From positions 333 to 64,332 of the forward strand of contig NSIG01000005.1 in assembly GCA_002737275.1 (NCBI GenBank): 64,000 nt of DNA. The letters run 5' to 3'. The DNA comes from Opitutia bacterium. Its GTDB lineage: Bacteria > Verrucomicrobiota > Verrucomicrobiia > Opitutales > Opitutaceae. The stretch's first letter is position 1; each line of letters begins with the position of its first letter. A model generated the notes under the pieces. That model was given only the letters and a program-made list of their open reading frames with translations. It was not told the DNA's origin and ran no database searches. The translations under genes and the position numbers were made by a program. Below are positions 1-11,377 of this stretch, one piece after another.

Positions 1-97
1 CGCGGTCGTGGAGAATCTGCCAGACCGGCGAGGCGCGAGGCTGGCGGGGGCGGTAGCGGCGGCACACCATGGCGGTGAGGACTGCACAAGGGTGAAC

Positions 98-122
98 GGC
101 CTCACGGAAGGCGAGGCCCTAC
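98..122 (-). repeat. REP-like element (GTAG head + 6-bp hairpin)
   Basis: Minus strand reads GTAG-GGCCTC-gccttccgt-GAGGCC. Intergenic, just beyond the ppdK terminator. The same head+hairpin architecture recurs at 8 or more other intergenic sites. Confidence 0.4.
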
Positions 123-141
123 GGCGCGGCGGGACGGACAC

Positions 142-161
142 AAAAAAGCCCCGCGCCGGGG
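142..161 (-). terminator. Rho-independent terminator downstream of ppdK
   Basis: Minus strand: CCCCG-gcg-CGGGG hairpin followed by C-TTTTTT, about 40 nt after the ppdK stop. Confidence 0.5.
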
Positions 162-202
162 AGGGCGCGAGGCGGAGCGTTGAATCGCGGCTACAAGGCG
201 GA

Positions 203-2995
<2,793 letters not shown>

Positions 2996-3165
2996 GTGGA
3001 TGAGTTGTGCGGTTGAGAAAAACAGGGGCTGCGGCGAGCGCAGAAAAGCAGAAAAAAACGCTCGCGCGCGGGGCTGTCAACGGCGCAGCAGGCGAATGAG
3101 TTTCCCCGGCCGAATTCGCGGCAAACAAATGGAAATCGCCGGTCAAACGAAGCGGGAGGACACGT

Positions 3166-4458
3166 TTAACTGCGGTCGATTCGGTCGGAGCGAAGCGGTT
3201 TTTCCGGCCGGCGTTGAGCGGGATAGATTCCGACGCGGCCGCTCGTGTAATAAGCGATGAAACAGACGAGCGCAAAATACACGGAATAGGGTGCGCCGAA
3301 GAGCTCCAATCCGAGAACGGTGCAGGCGAGGGGAGTTTTTGTGGCGCCGGCGAAGACCCCGATCAGGCCAAGGCCGGCAAAAAGGGCGACCGGTGCTTCC
3401 AGCGGAACGGCGAGGGCGTGACCGAGGGTTGCACCGATGTAAAACAACGGCGTGACTTCGCCGCCTTTGAATCCGCTCGCGAGGGTAACGGTGGTGAAAA
3501 GGAACTTGCCGGCCCAACTCCACGGTTCCGCGCCTTCGGTTTGAAATGCGGAAAGCAAAGTGACGGCCCTCGGGTCCGGCGACGCCACGCCGATCCCGAG
3601 ATAGTCACGCGATCCCACGACGTAAACGAGCGCGATCACCGTCAGGCCACCGAGCAAGGGGCGCAGCGGGGCGTAGGCCACAAAACGCTTGAAGCTCGCC
3701 TGCAATCGGTGGGTGACCTCGCTAAAGCCCCGGCTGATCGCGCCGAAGATGACGGCGGCGGCGATAATCTTGGCGACGAGCGCTAGCTCCAGCATCGCAG
3801 GAAACGGAGTTCCATCGGCTGGGCCTAGCGAAAAAAACGCGTGGTCGATGCCCCACGCCGAGCAGGTGATGTCGCCGACGATGCTGGCGACGAGCGCCGG
3901 CATAAAATCTCGATAAGCCAGCCGTCCGACGACGAGCACCTCGATGGCAAAAATCGCTCCGGCGAGCGGTGTGCCAAAGACCGAGCCGAACCCGGCCGCG
4001 ATGCCGGCGATGAGGAGCGTGCGACGCGTGGAACCCTCGATGCGGCAGAGCCGGGAAAAAGCGTCGGCGAGGCTGCCGCCCATCTGCAACGCGGTGCCCT
4101 CCCGGCCGGCCGAGCCGCCGCAAAGGTGCGTGGCGAGCGTGCCGAAAAGCACCAGCGGAGCCATGCGGGCTGGCACGCCTCCGCCGGGCGTGTGGATTTC
4201 GTCCATGATGAGATGGGTGCCCCGCTCGGCTTTCTGGCCAAATCGAAGGTAGATCCACCCCACCGCGAAGCCGACGACGGGCAGGAGCCAAAGCAGCCAC
4301 GGCGAATGCCAGCGGGCTGCGGTGACCCGGTCCAGCGACCATAGAAATAGCGCACTGGCGGAACCGGCCAACAACCCGATCGGCACGGCCAAACCCGCTT
4401 CGAGGCCGAGGCGACGGAATCGGGTCGAAGGCGTGCGCGGGGAGGGAGTGGATTCCAT
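3166..4458 (-). CDS. ClC-family voltage-gated chloride channel / H+-Cl- antiporter
   Basis: Polytopic membrane protein with ClC motifs GSAGREGT and GSVFGTPLAG. Start taken at the ATG MESTPS (4458); the longer ORF to 4620 has an implausible N-terminus. Confidence 0.85.
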   Translation of the reverse strand: MESTPSPRTPSTRFRRLGLEAGLAVPIGLLAGSASALFLWSLDRVTAARWHSPWLLWLLPVVGFAVGWIYLRFGQKAERGTHLIMDEIHTPGGGVPARMAPLVLFGTLATHLCGGSAGREGTALQMGGSLADAFSRLCRIEGSTRRTLLIAGIAAGFGSVFGTPLAGAIFAIEVLVVGRLAYRDFMPALVASIVGDITCSAWGIDHAFFSLGPADGTPFPAMLELALVAKIIAAAVIFGAISRGFSEVTHRLQASFKRFVAYAPLRPLLGGLTVIALVYVVGSRDYLGIGVASPDPRAVTLLSAFQTEGAEPWSWAGKFLFTTVTLASGFKGGEVTPLFYIGATLGHALAVPLEAPVALFAGLGLIGVFAGATKTPLACTVLGLELFGAPYSVYFALVCFIAYYTSGRVGIYPAQRRPEKPLRSDRIDRS

Positions 4459-4610
4459 TTGACCGGCAGAAAGTATGAGCGACCGGTTTGAAGCGGAGTC
4501 AATTCGCGGGCGCGCTGCGGGCGTTAACGGCCTGACCCGGGCGATTTCTAACATCGCGCTTTTGTTTTGGAAAAATCCCCGCACGCTGCACGTTTCCAAT
4601 CTTTGCCAAC

Positions 4611-5423
4611 GTGAGCGCACCCGAAGAATTTCCCTACGAAGAGTCCAATCCCGAGCCGGTGCCGGATGCCCGCGAGAAGCCGATGGGTTTCTTCGATCAT
4701 CTTGAAGAGATGCGTTGGACGCTCATCAAGTGCGCGGCGACTTTTCTGCTCTTTGCCGGCCTAATCGGTTATTTTCTGAAGGAGTTTAACGATGTGCTCC
4801 TTTGGCCGCTGAACTCGGTCAAGGTCGATTACCCGACCTTCGCGCTCGAGCTCTCGACCGTCTCGATCATGGAGGTTTTCAACGTCATTATTCAGATGTG
4901 TCTGCTCGGAGGCTTGGTGATGGCTCTGCCGTTTTGTCTGTTGTTCATCGGGCAATTTGTCGCCCCGGCGCTCACGGCGAAAGAGTTGAAAGCGGTTTTG
5001 CCGATGTGCGTGTCCGCTCTGGTGCTGTTTTTGCTCGGGGCGGCATTCGCTTATTTCTTGCTGGTGCCGAGCACGATTCGGGTGTCGATCGAGCTGAATA
5101 CCTTTTTTAACTATGCCGCGCGCTGGACGCCGGGCAGCTACTACAGTCTGCTCACTTGGCTGGTGCTGGGCGTCGGGACCTCCTTCCAATTCCCTCTGAT
5201 CATCATTTTGCTCGTTTGGTTGGGGCTGATGACGACGGCGTTTTTGAGAAAATACCGGCGCCATGCGGTTATCGTGATCTTTGTGATCGCCGCGATCGTC
5301 ACGCCCACGCCCGATCCGGTGACGCAGGCGATGTTCGCGGCCCCGCTTTATCTGCTGTATGAGATAGCGATCATCGCGTCGTCGCGAGTCGAGAAGCGTA
5401 AACAGCCGTTGCAGTTTGGTTAA
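4611..5423 (+). CDS. tatC: Twin-arginine translocase subunit TatC
   Basis: Six predicted TM segments and the HLEEMRWTLIK motif typical of TatC N-termini. Start is ambiguous: GTG at 4611 or ATG at 4683. Confidence 0.9.
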   Translation: MSAPEEFPYEESNPEPVPDAREKPMGFFDHLEEMRWTLIKCAATFLLFAGLIGYFLKEFNDVLLWPLNSVKVDYPTFALELSTVSIMEVFNVIIQMCLLGGLVMALPFCLLFIGQFVAPALTAKELKAVLPMCVSALVLFLLGAAFAYFLLVPSTIRVSIELNTFFNYAARWTPGSYYSLLTWLVLGVGTSFQFPLIIILLVWLGLMTTAFLRKYRRHAVIVIFVIAAIVTPTPDPVTQAMFAAPLYLLYEIAIIASSRVEKRKQPLQFG

Positions 5424-5453
5424 GGGCGCCCGACGCCGGGGGCGTGGGGACAT

Positions 5454-5481
5454 AAAAAAGGCGCGTGAGTGATCACGCGCC
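5454..5481 (-). terminator. Rho-independent terminator
   Basis: GGCGCGTGA-gtga-TCACGCGCC hairpin followed on the minus strand by T6. Lies directly downstream of the small minus-strand ORF 5516-5755. Confidence 0.55.
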
Positions 5482-5515
5482 GACTGAAAATCGTAGGTTC
5501 GGGGATTGCGAAGGA

Positions 5516-5755
5516 TTATTTCTTATTCGCCATCAACTGGGCCTTCAAAACTACCCGGAACATCTGAACGGCGAGCCAGAAAACGGATGACATACAGGCT
5601 GAAGTCAGGCCGGCCCAGAGCATGACCATGTTAGGATCGTTCGAGGGCACATGCGATTCGACGAGCCAATATATTAGAGAGAAGAATCCGAGCACGAGCA
5701 CGGCATCGACCACGAGACTGGTTGGACTGGTGAGTTTTCCGAGAGGCGACGACAT
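5516..5755 (-). CDS. Small membrane protein (2 predicted TM helices), hypothetical
   Basis: 79-aa ORF with an ATG start and two hydrophobic stretches, with its own terminator downstream. Sits in a visibly lower-GC patch. Confidence 0.4.
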   Translation of the reverse strand: MSSPLGKLTSPTSLVVDAVLVLGFFSLIYWLVESHVPSNDPNMVMLWAGLTSACMSSVFWLAVQMFRVVLKAQLMANKK

Positions 5756-5761
5756 AATCGG

Positions 5762-6052
5762 ATTTCAGCGGATTTTGACGGGGTTTGTCCACGGAATTTT
5801 CCTTCCCGCGCCGATTGAGAATACTTCCGCTTGCTTCGGCCGCGGGATCGGCGGGATTCGCGCGCTCTTCGAAGTAGCTGGCGTGCGCTGTAGGACGCAG
5901 GGGATGATTTTGGTTTTTCGGTTGCCTCCAACGTGCTCGCAGTGGGCCTCGCGGTGGCGGGAAAAATGCACCCGCTATTAGTGGCGATCCTCATGCCGGT
6001 AAATTCCCTCGCGACGCTGGCGATCGTCACGGGTGGAATGCGGCGGGTTTTC
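5762..6052 (+). pseudogene. Decayed 3' fragment of a heavy-metal/FixI-like P-type ATPase gene
   Basis: One frame reads ISADFDGV...*...RRDSRALRSSWRAL*DAGDDFGFSVASNVLAVGLAVAGKMHPLLVAILMPVNSLATLAIVTGGMRRVF. This matches the C-terminal ...NF-l--YNVLAV-LA--G---PL-AAILMP-SSL-V-- pattern of P1B ATPases. It is interrupted by two in-frame stops and has no N-terminal domains. Confidence 0.4.
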
Positions 6053-6062
6053 GCTCAAGCAG

Positions 6063-7331
6063 CTAAAGTGTTTTTGGAATCGCGGCGGTCAGATTTTCCG
6101 GGCCATCGGCGGTGACGTGGATGTTGTCCTCGATGCGGACGCCGCCAAGGTGGAGATGCTGATCTACGAGGGACCAATTGACGACGTCGCGGTGTTTTTC
6201 GCGACGGGCCGGATCTTGGAGAAGCGGCGGGATGAAATAGAGCCCGGGCTCGATGGTGACGACGTAGCCGGGCGCGAGCGGGAGATCCATGCGGAGGGTG
6301 CGTAGGCATGGTCGGGGATTTTTGATGCGGCCGGGCAAGAGGCCGCTGGCGTCGCGCACACCGAGCCCGACCATGTGGCCGAGGCCGTGGGGGAAGAAAA
6401 GGGTGTGCGCTTCCGCTTCGACGAGTGACTCGGGGTGGCCGCGCATCACGTTCATCGCCACGAGGCCGGCGACGAGATCGACGGCGCAGGCGAGGTGGAT
6501 GTCGGTCCATTCGGCGCCGGGGACGCAGCGGGCGATGGCGCGCTCTTCGGCGGCGAGGACGACTTGGTAGAGATCGCGTTGAAACGGGCTCGGTGTCCCG
6601 ACAACATAGGTGCGCGTGACATCGGCGGTGTAACGGCCGATGGCCGCCCCGGCATCGATTAAGACAAACTCGCCGGTCTGGGCGGCGCGAGCCGTGGGGG
6701 AAAAGTGCAGGATGGCGGAGTTGGGGCCCGTGCCGACGATGGTGTTGTAGCCGGTGCGCGTTGCGCCGGCGCGGAAGAAGCCGGTTTCGAGTTCGATCTG
6801 CAGCGCACGCTCGGTGATACCGGGGCGGAGGAGTGCTGGAATCGCGGCATAGCCGGCGGCGGTGGCGGCGGCCGCAGCGCGCAGCACGGTGATTTCCTCG
6901 GCGTCCTTGGAGCGACTAGCGTGTCGGAAGCCGTTGCGGATATGAGAGATAAGAGTTACGTCGGCAGGAATTTCGGGCCGGAGGGCACCTAAGTTGGCGA
7001 TCGGGCGGCCGCTGCGGGCGGCGAGCCAGGGAGAAAACTCGGCGAGAGGGAGGCCGGATCGCTGCGTGGTCCCCTCCCAAACGCGTTCGCCCTCGGTGAC
7101 GGCGGGGACAAAGGAAAGCCATTCGTCGTCGCGGGGATCGTAAGTAATGACGCCGTCGATGCCGTCGTCGTCGGTGAGGTAGGCGTATTCGGCGTGACTG
7201 AAGAACGGGTAGGTCTGGTCGCTATTTTCAGGCAGAGGAACGGGTTGGCCGGAGCCGACCACCAAAATGGCGTCTCCGAGGGGCAGCGCGTTCGCCAGGC
7301 GGTGACGGCGGGATTCGAGGTCCGGAGGCAT
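6063..7331 (-). CDS. pepP: Xaa-Pro aminopeptidase (peptidase M24B)
   Basis: 422 aa with M24 metal-ligand blocks: IDAGAAIGRYTADVTRT, HGLGHMVGLGVRD, IEPGLYF, GGVRIEDN. Confidence 0.85.
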   Translation of the reverse strand: MPPDLESRRHRLANALPLGDAILVVGSGQPVPLPENSDQTYPFFSHAEYAYLTDDDGIDGVITYDPRDDEWLSFVPAVTEGERVWEGTTQRSGLPLAEFSPWLAARSGRPIANLGALRPEIPADVTLISHIRNGFRHASRSKDAEEITVLRAAAAATAAGYAAIPALLRPGITERALQIELETGFFRAGATRTGYNTIVGTGPNSAILHFSPTARAAQTGEFVLIDAGAAIGRYTADVTRTYVVGTPSPFQRDLYQVVLAAEERAIARCVPGAEWTDIHLACAVDLVAGLVAMNVMRGHPESLVEAEAHTLFFPHGLGHMVGLGVRDASGLLPGRIKNPRPCLRTLRMDLPLAPGYVVTIEPGLYFIPPLLQDPARREKHRDVVNWSLVDQHLHLGGVRIEDNIHVTADGPENLTAAIPKTL

Positions 7332-7511
7332 GTTGTAAGGGAGTTAGAAACATTGCTGAGGTTGGAACAAGCGCGGGAAACCGAGGGCGGATCGCGGACG
7401 TTTGAGTTGGAAAATGGATTCGCGGACGGTGAGAAAAAAATCCCGGTGAAGCGGATTTCTTGCGATTGAAGGCTGGCTTTTTGGAAAGTGATTACTCAAT
7501 TTTTAGGGGCT

Positions 7512-7763
7512 ATGAAAAATATGACCTCAAAACTTATCACCCTCCTCGGCGCCCTTGCGGTGCTCGTTAGCTTCTCCGCTCCGGCTCTCCGGGCCGAAGA
7601 CGCTCCAAAGAAAAAAGGCCCAAGCGCCAAGCAATTGGAAATGTGGGACAAGAACAAAGACGGTAAACTCGACGACGCCGAAAACGCCGCGATGAAGGCC
7701 GCCAGTGACGCCAAGAAGAAGGCAAAGGAAGATGGCATGAAGAAAGACGGCGAAAAGAAGTAA
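7512..7763 (+). CDS. Small secreted EF-hand protein, Lys-rich
   Basis: Signal peptide (LITLLGALAVLVSFSAPALRA), then a canonical 12-residue EF-hand loop DKNKDGKLDDAE. A terminator follows. Confidence 0.6.
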   Translation: MKNMTSKLITLLGALAVLVSFSAPALRAEDAPKKKGPSAKQLEMWDKNKDGKLDDAENAAMKAASDAKKKAKEDGMKKDGEKK

Positions 7764-7794
7764 TTCTTCGACCCGGCTCTTTTTAGAGTTTTAA

Positions 7795-7822
7795 AGCCTC
7801 GGCGATTTGCCGGGGCTTTTTT
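7795..7822 (+). terminator. Rho-independent terminator
   Basis: AGCCTCGGC-gattt-GCCGGGGCT hairpin (one mismatch) followed by T5-6. Confidence 0.55.
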
Positions 7823-7895
7823 GCGCACGAAGTGTGCGGTCGCGGCCGGGGCTTTCGGCGTAACCCGCAAGGATCTGCTTAATGCGGCGGACGGA

Positions 7896-8735
7896 TCACT
7901 TCTTCTCAATGAAGCCGCCGCTCCAGTGGAGTTTGGTGCGCACGACGGCGAAGTGCTCGTAGTCGAGCCGCTGGGCGAGAGGGAGTTTGAGCGCAGAGAT
8001 CGTGATCTCGATGGGCGTATCGGCGCACGAGACGTGATTGCGTTGCCCGTCCATGGCAACGAGCAAGGTCGAGCCGGGGCTGCGGTTGTGGACCCGGAGG
8101 CAAACATCATCTCGGAAAATGATGGAGCGGTTGCTCAACGTGTGCGGGCAGATCGGCGTCATCGCGATGACGCCGGCGTCGGGCGACATGAGCGGACCGC
8201 CGGCGGAAAGATTGTAGGCGGTCGAGCCGGTGGGTGTGGAAAAGATCAGGCCGTCGCAGGTGTATTCGGTGACGAGTTGGTTGTTGGCGAAGACCTCGAG
8301 CCGGACGATGCGGGAGTTGATTTGATCTTTGATGAGGACGTCGTTGAGGGCGATGTCGTGGCGGCTCGCGCTGGTGGAGCAGGCCAACAAGGAGCGGTAG
8401 GCGACGTGGAATTCGCCGCGCAGCAGCGACGAAAACTGGACGCGGGCTTCGTCGGCAGAGAACGTCGTGAGAAAGCCGAGGCTGCCGCGGTTGACGCCGA
8501 TAATGGGGACTTGGGCGCGAGCGGCCTCGCGGGCGACGCCGAGGAGCGTGCCGTCGCCGCCGATCACGCAGCAGGCATCGCAGCCCGTGAGCCAGCCCCG
8601 GGGGATGTCGAGCCGGGAGGTGTGCTTGGTTTTGACGCCGGCGGCTTTGGCGAGGACGAGCAGTTCGCGGGTCAGCTCGGGAGCGCCGGGTTTGTCGGCG
8701 TTGGTGACGAAGGCGAGCGAGCGGAGAGCGTTCAT
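7896..8735 (-). CDS. nadK: NAD kinase
   Basis: 279 aa with the GGDGT motif (VIGGDGTLLG), NRGSLGFLT and a conserved C-terminal fold pattern. Confidence 0.9.
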   Translation of the reverse strand: MNALRSLAFVTNADKPGAPELTRELLVLAKAAGVKTKHTSRLDIPRGWLTGCDACCVIGGDGTLLGVAREAARAQVPIIGVNRGSLGFLTTFSADEARVQFSSLLRGEFHVAYRSLLACSTSASRHDIALNDVLIKDQINSRIVRLEVFANNQLVTEYTCDGLIFSTPTGSTAYNLSAGGPLMSPDAGVIAMTPICPHTLSNRSIIFRDDVCLRVHNRSPGSTLLVAMDGQRNHVSCADTPIEITISALKLPLAQRLDYEHFAVVRTKLHWSGGFIEKK

Positions 8736-8789
8736 GCGCAGAAAGAGTGGGTAATTAATGGCGGGAGCAAGGCGCCGGGGGAAACAAAT

Positions 8790-9548
8790 TTACGACGAGC
8801 GACGGAGGCCAAGGAGGAACTCGCGGTTGCCGTCGGTGCCGGTGATGGGCGAGTCGATGGTCCCGATGAGGGTCGCGCCGCGGAGCAGGCCAATGGCAAA
8901 GGTGCGAATATCGTCGAGCACGGCCTGTTGCACGGCGGGGTCGCGGATGACGCCGCGGCCTTTGTCCACCTCGGCTTTCCCGGCTTCGAACTGGGGCTTC
9001 ACAAGCGCGATGAGGGCCCCGCCGGGACGCACAAAGGGCCAGATCGCGGGTAGAACAACTTTGAGGGAGATGAACGAGAGGTCGGTGACCACGGTGTCGA
9101 ACTCCGAACGGGGAAGATCGCCGACGCTCAGGTGGCGGGCGTTCATTTTTTCGAAATTGGTCACGCGGGGATCGGCGAGGAGTTTGGCGTGGAGTTGAGC
9201 GCGACCGACGTCGACGCAGATCACGTCGGCGGCGCCGGCTTGAAGGGCGCAATCGGTGAAGCCGCCGGTGGAAGCGCCGACGTCGAGGACGTGGGCGCCG
9301 GTGAGATCGACGTTGAAGGCGGCGAGGGCGGCGGAGAGTTTTTCGCCGCCGCGGCTGACAAAGCGCGGGGGCTGCTCGACAGAAAGGTCGCAGTCGGAGG
9401 CATAGTCGCGGCCGGGTTTGTCGAGGCGTTCCGTGCCGCTGCGTACGCGGCCGGCCATGACGAGGGCTTTGGCCTGAGCGCGGGAAGCGGCGAGGCCACG
9501 GACGACGAGGAGTTCGTCGAGGCGGATTTTTTTGGCGGGTGCGGTCAC
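8790..9548 (-). CDS. tlyA: TlyA-family rRNA 2'-O-methyltransferase (hemolysin A-like)
   Basis: N-terminal S4 domain ([22 protein letters not shown]) plus an FtsJ-type SAM motif [19 protein letters not shown] start. Confidence 0.9.
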   Translation of the reverse strand: MTAPAKKIRLDELLVVRGLAASRAQAKALVMAGRVRSGTERLDKPGRDYASDCDLSVEQPPRFVSRGGEKLSAALAAFNVDLTGAHVLDVGASTGGFTDCALQAGAADVICVDVGRAQLHAKLLADPRVTNFEKMNARHLSVGDLPRSEFDTVVTDLSFISLKVVLPAIWPFVRPGGALIALVKPQFEAGKAEVDKGRGVIRDPAVQQAVLDDIRTFAIGLLRGATLIGTIDSPITGTDGNREFLLGLRRSS

Positions 9549-9605
9549 GTTGGGAAAGGGGAAGGGCCTGAAGTGTCGGCTGGACCGGGCAGCCTCCCCG
9601 GGAAT

Positions 9606-10007
9606 TTAGGGGGACCAGACGCGGAGTTTCTCGGCGCGGGCGGCGGCGCACAGTTCTGCGTCGAAGCAGACGAGCTGGGCTTGGGGGTGGACGAGGCTGA
9701 GGCGGCTAAAGCAGTACAGGTGGCCGGCGTTGGCGGCGCGTAGGCGGTGGCGTCGGTTGAGGACGAGGAGGGAGGAGTGTTCGGAGGGTGAAATCTCAAG
9801 CCAGCGGACGGCGCGCAAAAGCGGATCGAGCGATGCGCGCCAAATTTCGAACGGTTCACGTCGCGACGCCCCCGCTTCGGCTTCGATGCCGAGCCAGGAC
9901 CACGAATGAATTTCCGTGCACAGGGCGCGGGCCGTCCGCGCGCGGGCGGTGTGCGGCTCGTCGAAAAGGAGCGCGAGCAGCGCGCTGGTGTCCCAGTAGG
10001 CGCGCAT
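9606..10007 (-). CDS. vapC: PIN-domain toxin (VapC family)
   Basis: N-terminal YWDTSALLALL (first acidic residue) and C-terminal VCFDAELCAAA. Start is ATG at 10007 or GTG at 10010, overlapping the upstream antitoxin stop. Confidence 0.75.
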   Translation of the reverse strand: MRAYWDTSALLALLFDEPHTARARTARALCTEIHSWSWLGIEAEAGASRREPFEIWRASLDPLLRAVRWLEISPSEHSSLLVLNRRHRLRAANAGHLYCFSRLSLVHPQAQLVCFDAELCAAARAEKLRVWSP

Positions 10008-10342
10008 CACCAGTCACGTCCGCCGCGGACGAGGTCGATGGTGTTGATGTCGGTGCGTCCGTCGGGTGCGAGGATGGGCTTAATGTCGGGGAAGGCCGGC
10101 CCGATCGGGCGATGGAGGGGGATGTCGATCTTGACGCCGTGTTTCTGAGCCCGGGCGATGGCGGCGAGGCGCTCGCGTTGCCAGGCGCGGTCAAGCGGAG
10201 GCGCGATGTCGGGGCATGCGGGAACCGGGGAAAGCACAGCGATCGCAGTATCGCGGTCGAAGACGGTGAGCGTCTTGCCGGCACGGACCCGGCGCAGGTA
10301 TCTGCTGAGGTTGTTTTTCAACTCGGCGGTCTTGACATTCAT
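10007..10342 (-). CDS. Phd/YefM-type antitoxin with a long C-terminal extension
   Basis: N-terminus MNVKTAELKNNLSRYLRRVRAGKTLTVFDRDTAIAVLSP is Phd/YefM-like. The stop overlaps the PIN start (GTGATG at 10005-10010). ATG at 10342 is preferred over TTG at 10351. Confidence 0.65.
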   Translation of the reverse strand: MNVKTAELKNNLSRYLRRVRAGKTLTVFDRDTAIAVLSPVPACPDIAPPLDRAWQRERLAAIARAQKHGVKIDIPLHRPIGPAFPDIKPILAPDGRTDINTIDLVRGGRDW

Positions 10343-10399
10343 GTTGGCCAAGTTGGGAAGCGGAGTTGGCTATGTCAACGGAGGGATCGGCGGAGCGCG

Positions 10400-11263
10400 T
10401 CAGTTCTTGCGAAGTTTTTGGCGGGCGGGGGACCAGCAGGTGGTGCGACCGCCGATGTCGGCTCGGCTCAGGTTTTTTTTGGTTTTGGGGCAGCGGCCGC
10501 CGTCGGACCAACGGTGGTTGAAGAGCCAGGTGTCAGGGATGGCGGTGTTGAGATCAAGAGGAAGGTCATCGCCGCGTCCCGCGATGGTGGCGAGGGCGAG
10601 GCGGGCGACGGCGCGGCATTCGCGCCAGAGGGTTTTGACCTCAGCGGGGCGAAGGGAACCGGCGGGCTGGGCGGGATGAATCGCGGCGCGCCAGAGGATC
10701 TCGTCAGCCATCCAGTTGCCGATGCCGGGGAATCGCTCCTGCATAAGCAGGACGGCTTTGATCGGTGCGCGGGCGCGGCGGTTTAGGAATGCGGCCGCGG
10801 CGGCGACGGTGAACGAGGGCGAGATCAGGGCCGGGGCGATCTTGGCCCACCAAAGCGGGGCGTCGGGGCCGAGGTGAAACTGAATGCGGCCGAAGAGACG
10901 TGGGTCGGCGAAGACGAGCGCGTGGGCGGTGGTGTAGAGGACGAGGTGGTCGTGCTTGCGCGGAGTATGAGCCGGCGGTGCAACGGAAAGGTCACCGGTC
11001 ATGCCGAGGTGGATGCCGAGCCAAGCGTCGATCGCGGGCGAGACGGAGGTGGCGGGGCGTTGAAAGCGGAAGAGGATCTGCTTCCCGGCGGCGGCGGAGG
11101 CGGTGAGAGCGGAGTCGGTGAGCGCGGCGCGGAGCGCGGGGGCGGGCGCGGTGCGGAAAAGTTTTTTGGCGTCGTGGGTGTGGACGCGGAGAATCGTCGG
11201 AGAAGGGCGCGCGGCCTGGGTCCAGCGTTTGCGGAAAAATTCGGCTTCAGCGAGTTCGGGCAT
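10400..11263 (-). CDS. mutM: Formamidopyrimidine-DNA glycosylase family (Fpg/Nei)
   Basis: N-terminal MPELAEAE (catalytic Pro2/Glu3) and an H2TH region (FPGIGNWMADEILWRA). The C-terminal finger is degenerate; see findings. Confidence 0.85.
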   Translation of the reverse strand: MPELAEAEFFRKRWTQAARPSPTILRVHTHDAKKLFRTAPAPALRAALTDSALTASAAAGKQILFRFQRPATSVSPAIDAWLGIHLGMTGDLSVAPPAHTPRKHDHLVLYTTAHALVFADPRLFGRIQFHLGPDAPLWWAKIAPALISPSFTVAAAAAFLNRRARAPIKAVLLMQERFPGIGNWMADEILWRAAIHPAQPAGSLRPAEVKTLWRECRAVARLALATIAGRGDDLPLDLNTAIPDTWLFNHRWSDGGRCPKTKKNLSRADIGGRTTCWSPARQKLRKN

Positions 11264-11291
11264 GGAGCGGGGTTTAGCAGGAGGAGGTGCC

Positions 11292-11309
11292 CACGGACTA
11301 CACGGAAGT
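11292..11309. repeat. Tandem 9-nt CACGGA-type repeat (2 units)
   Basis: cacggacta-cacggaagt, in the gmhB-mutM intercistronic spacer. Confidence 0.6.
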
Positions 11310-11377
11310 CAAAGGGAGGACAGTCGGGGAAGGGTGGCCCGCGAATTCCGCGATGGGTGCGAATGAAAGAGAGGAAT

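Noticed and set aside
1-70. Possible 5' end of a minus-strand gene (ATG at 70-68) running off the window.
   Set aside because: Only 23 codons are visible, Arg/Pro-rich, with no recognisable motif. There is too little sequence to support a call.
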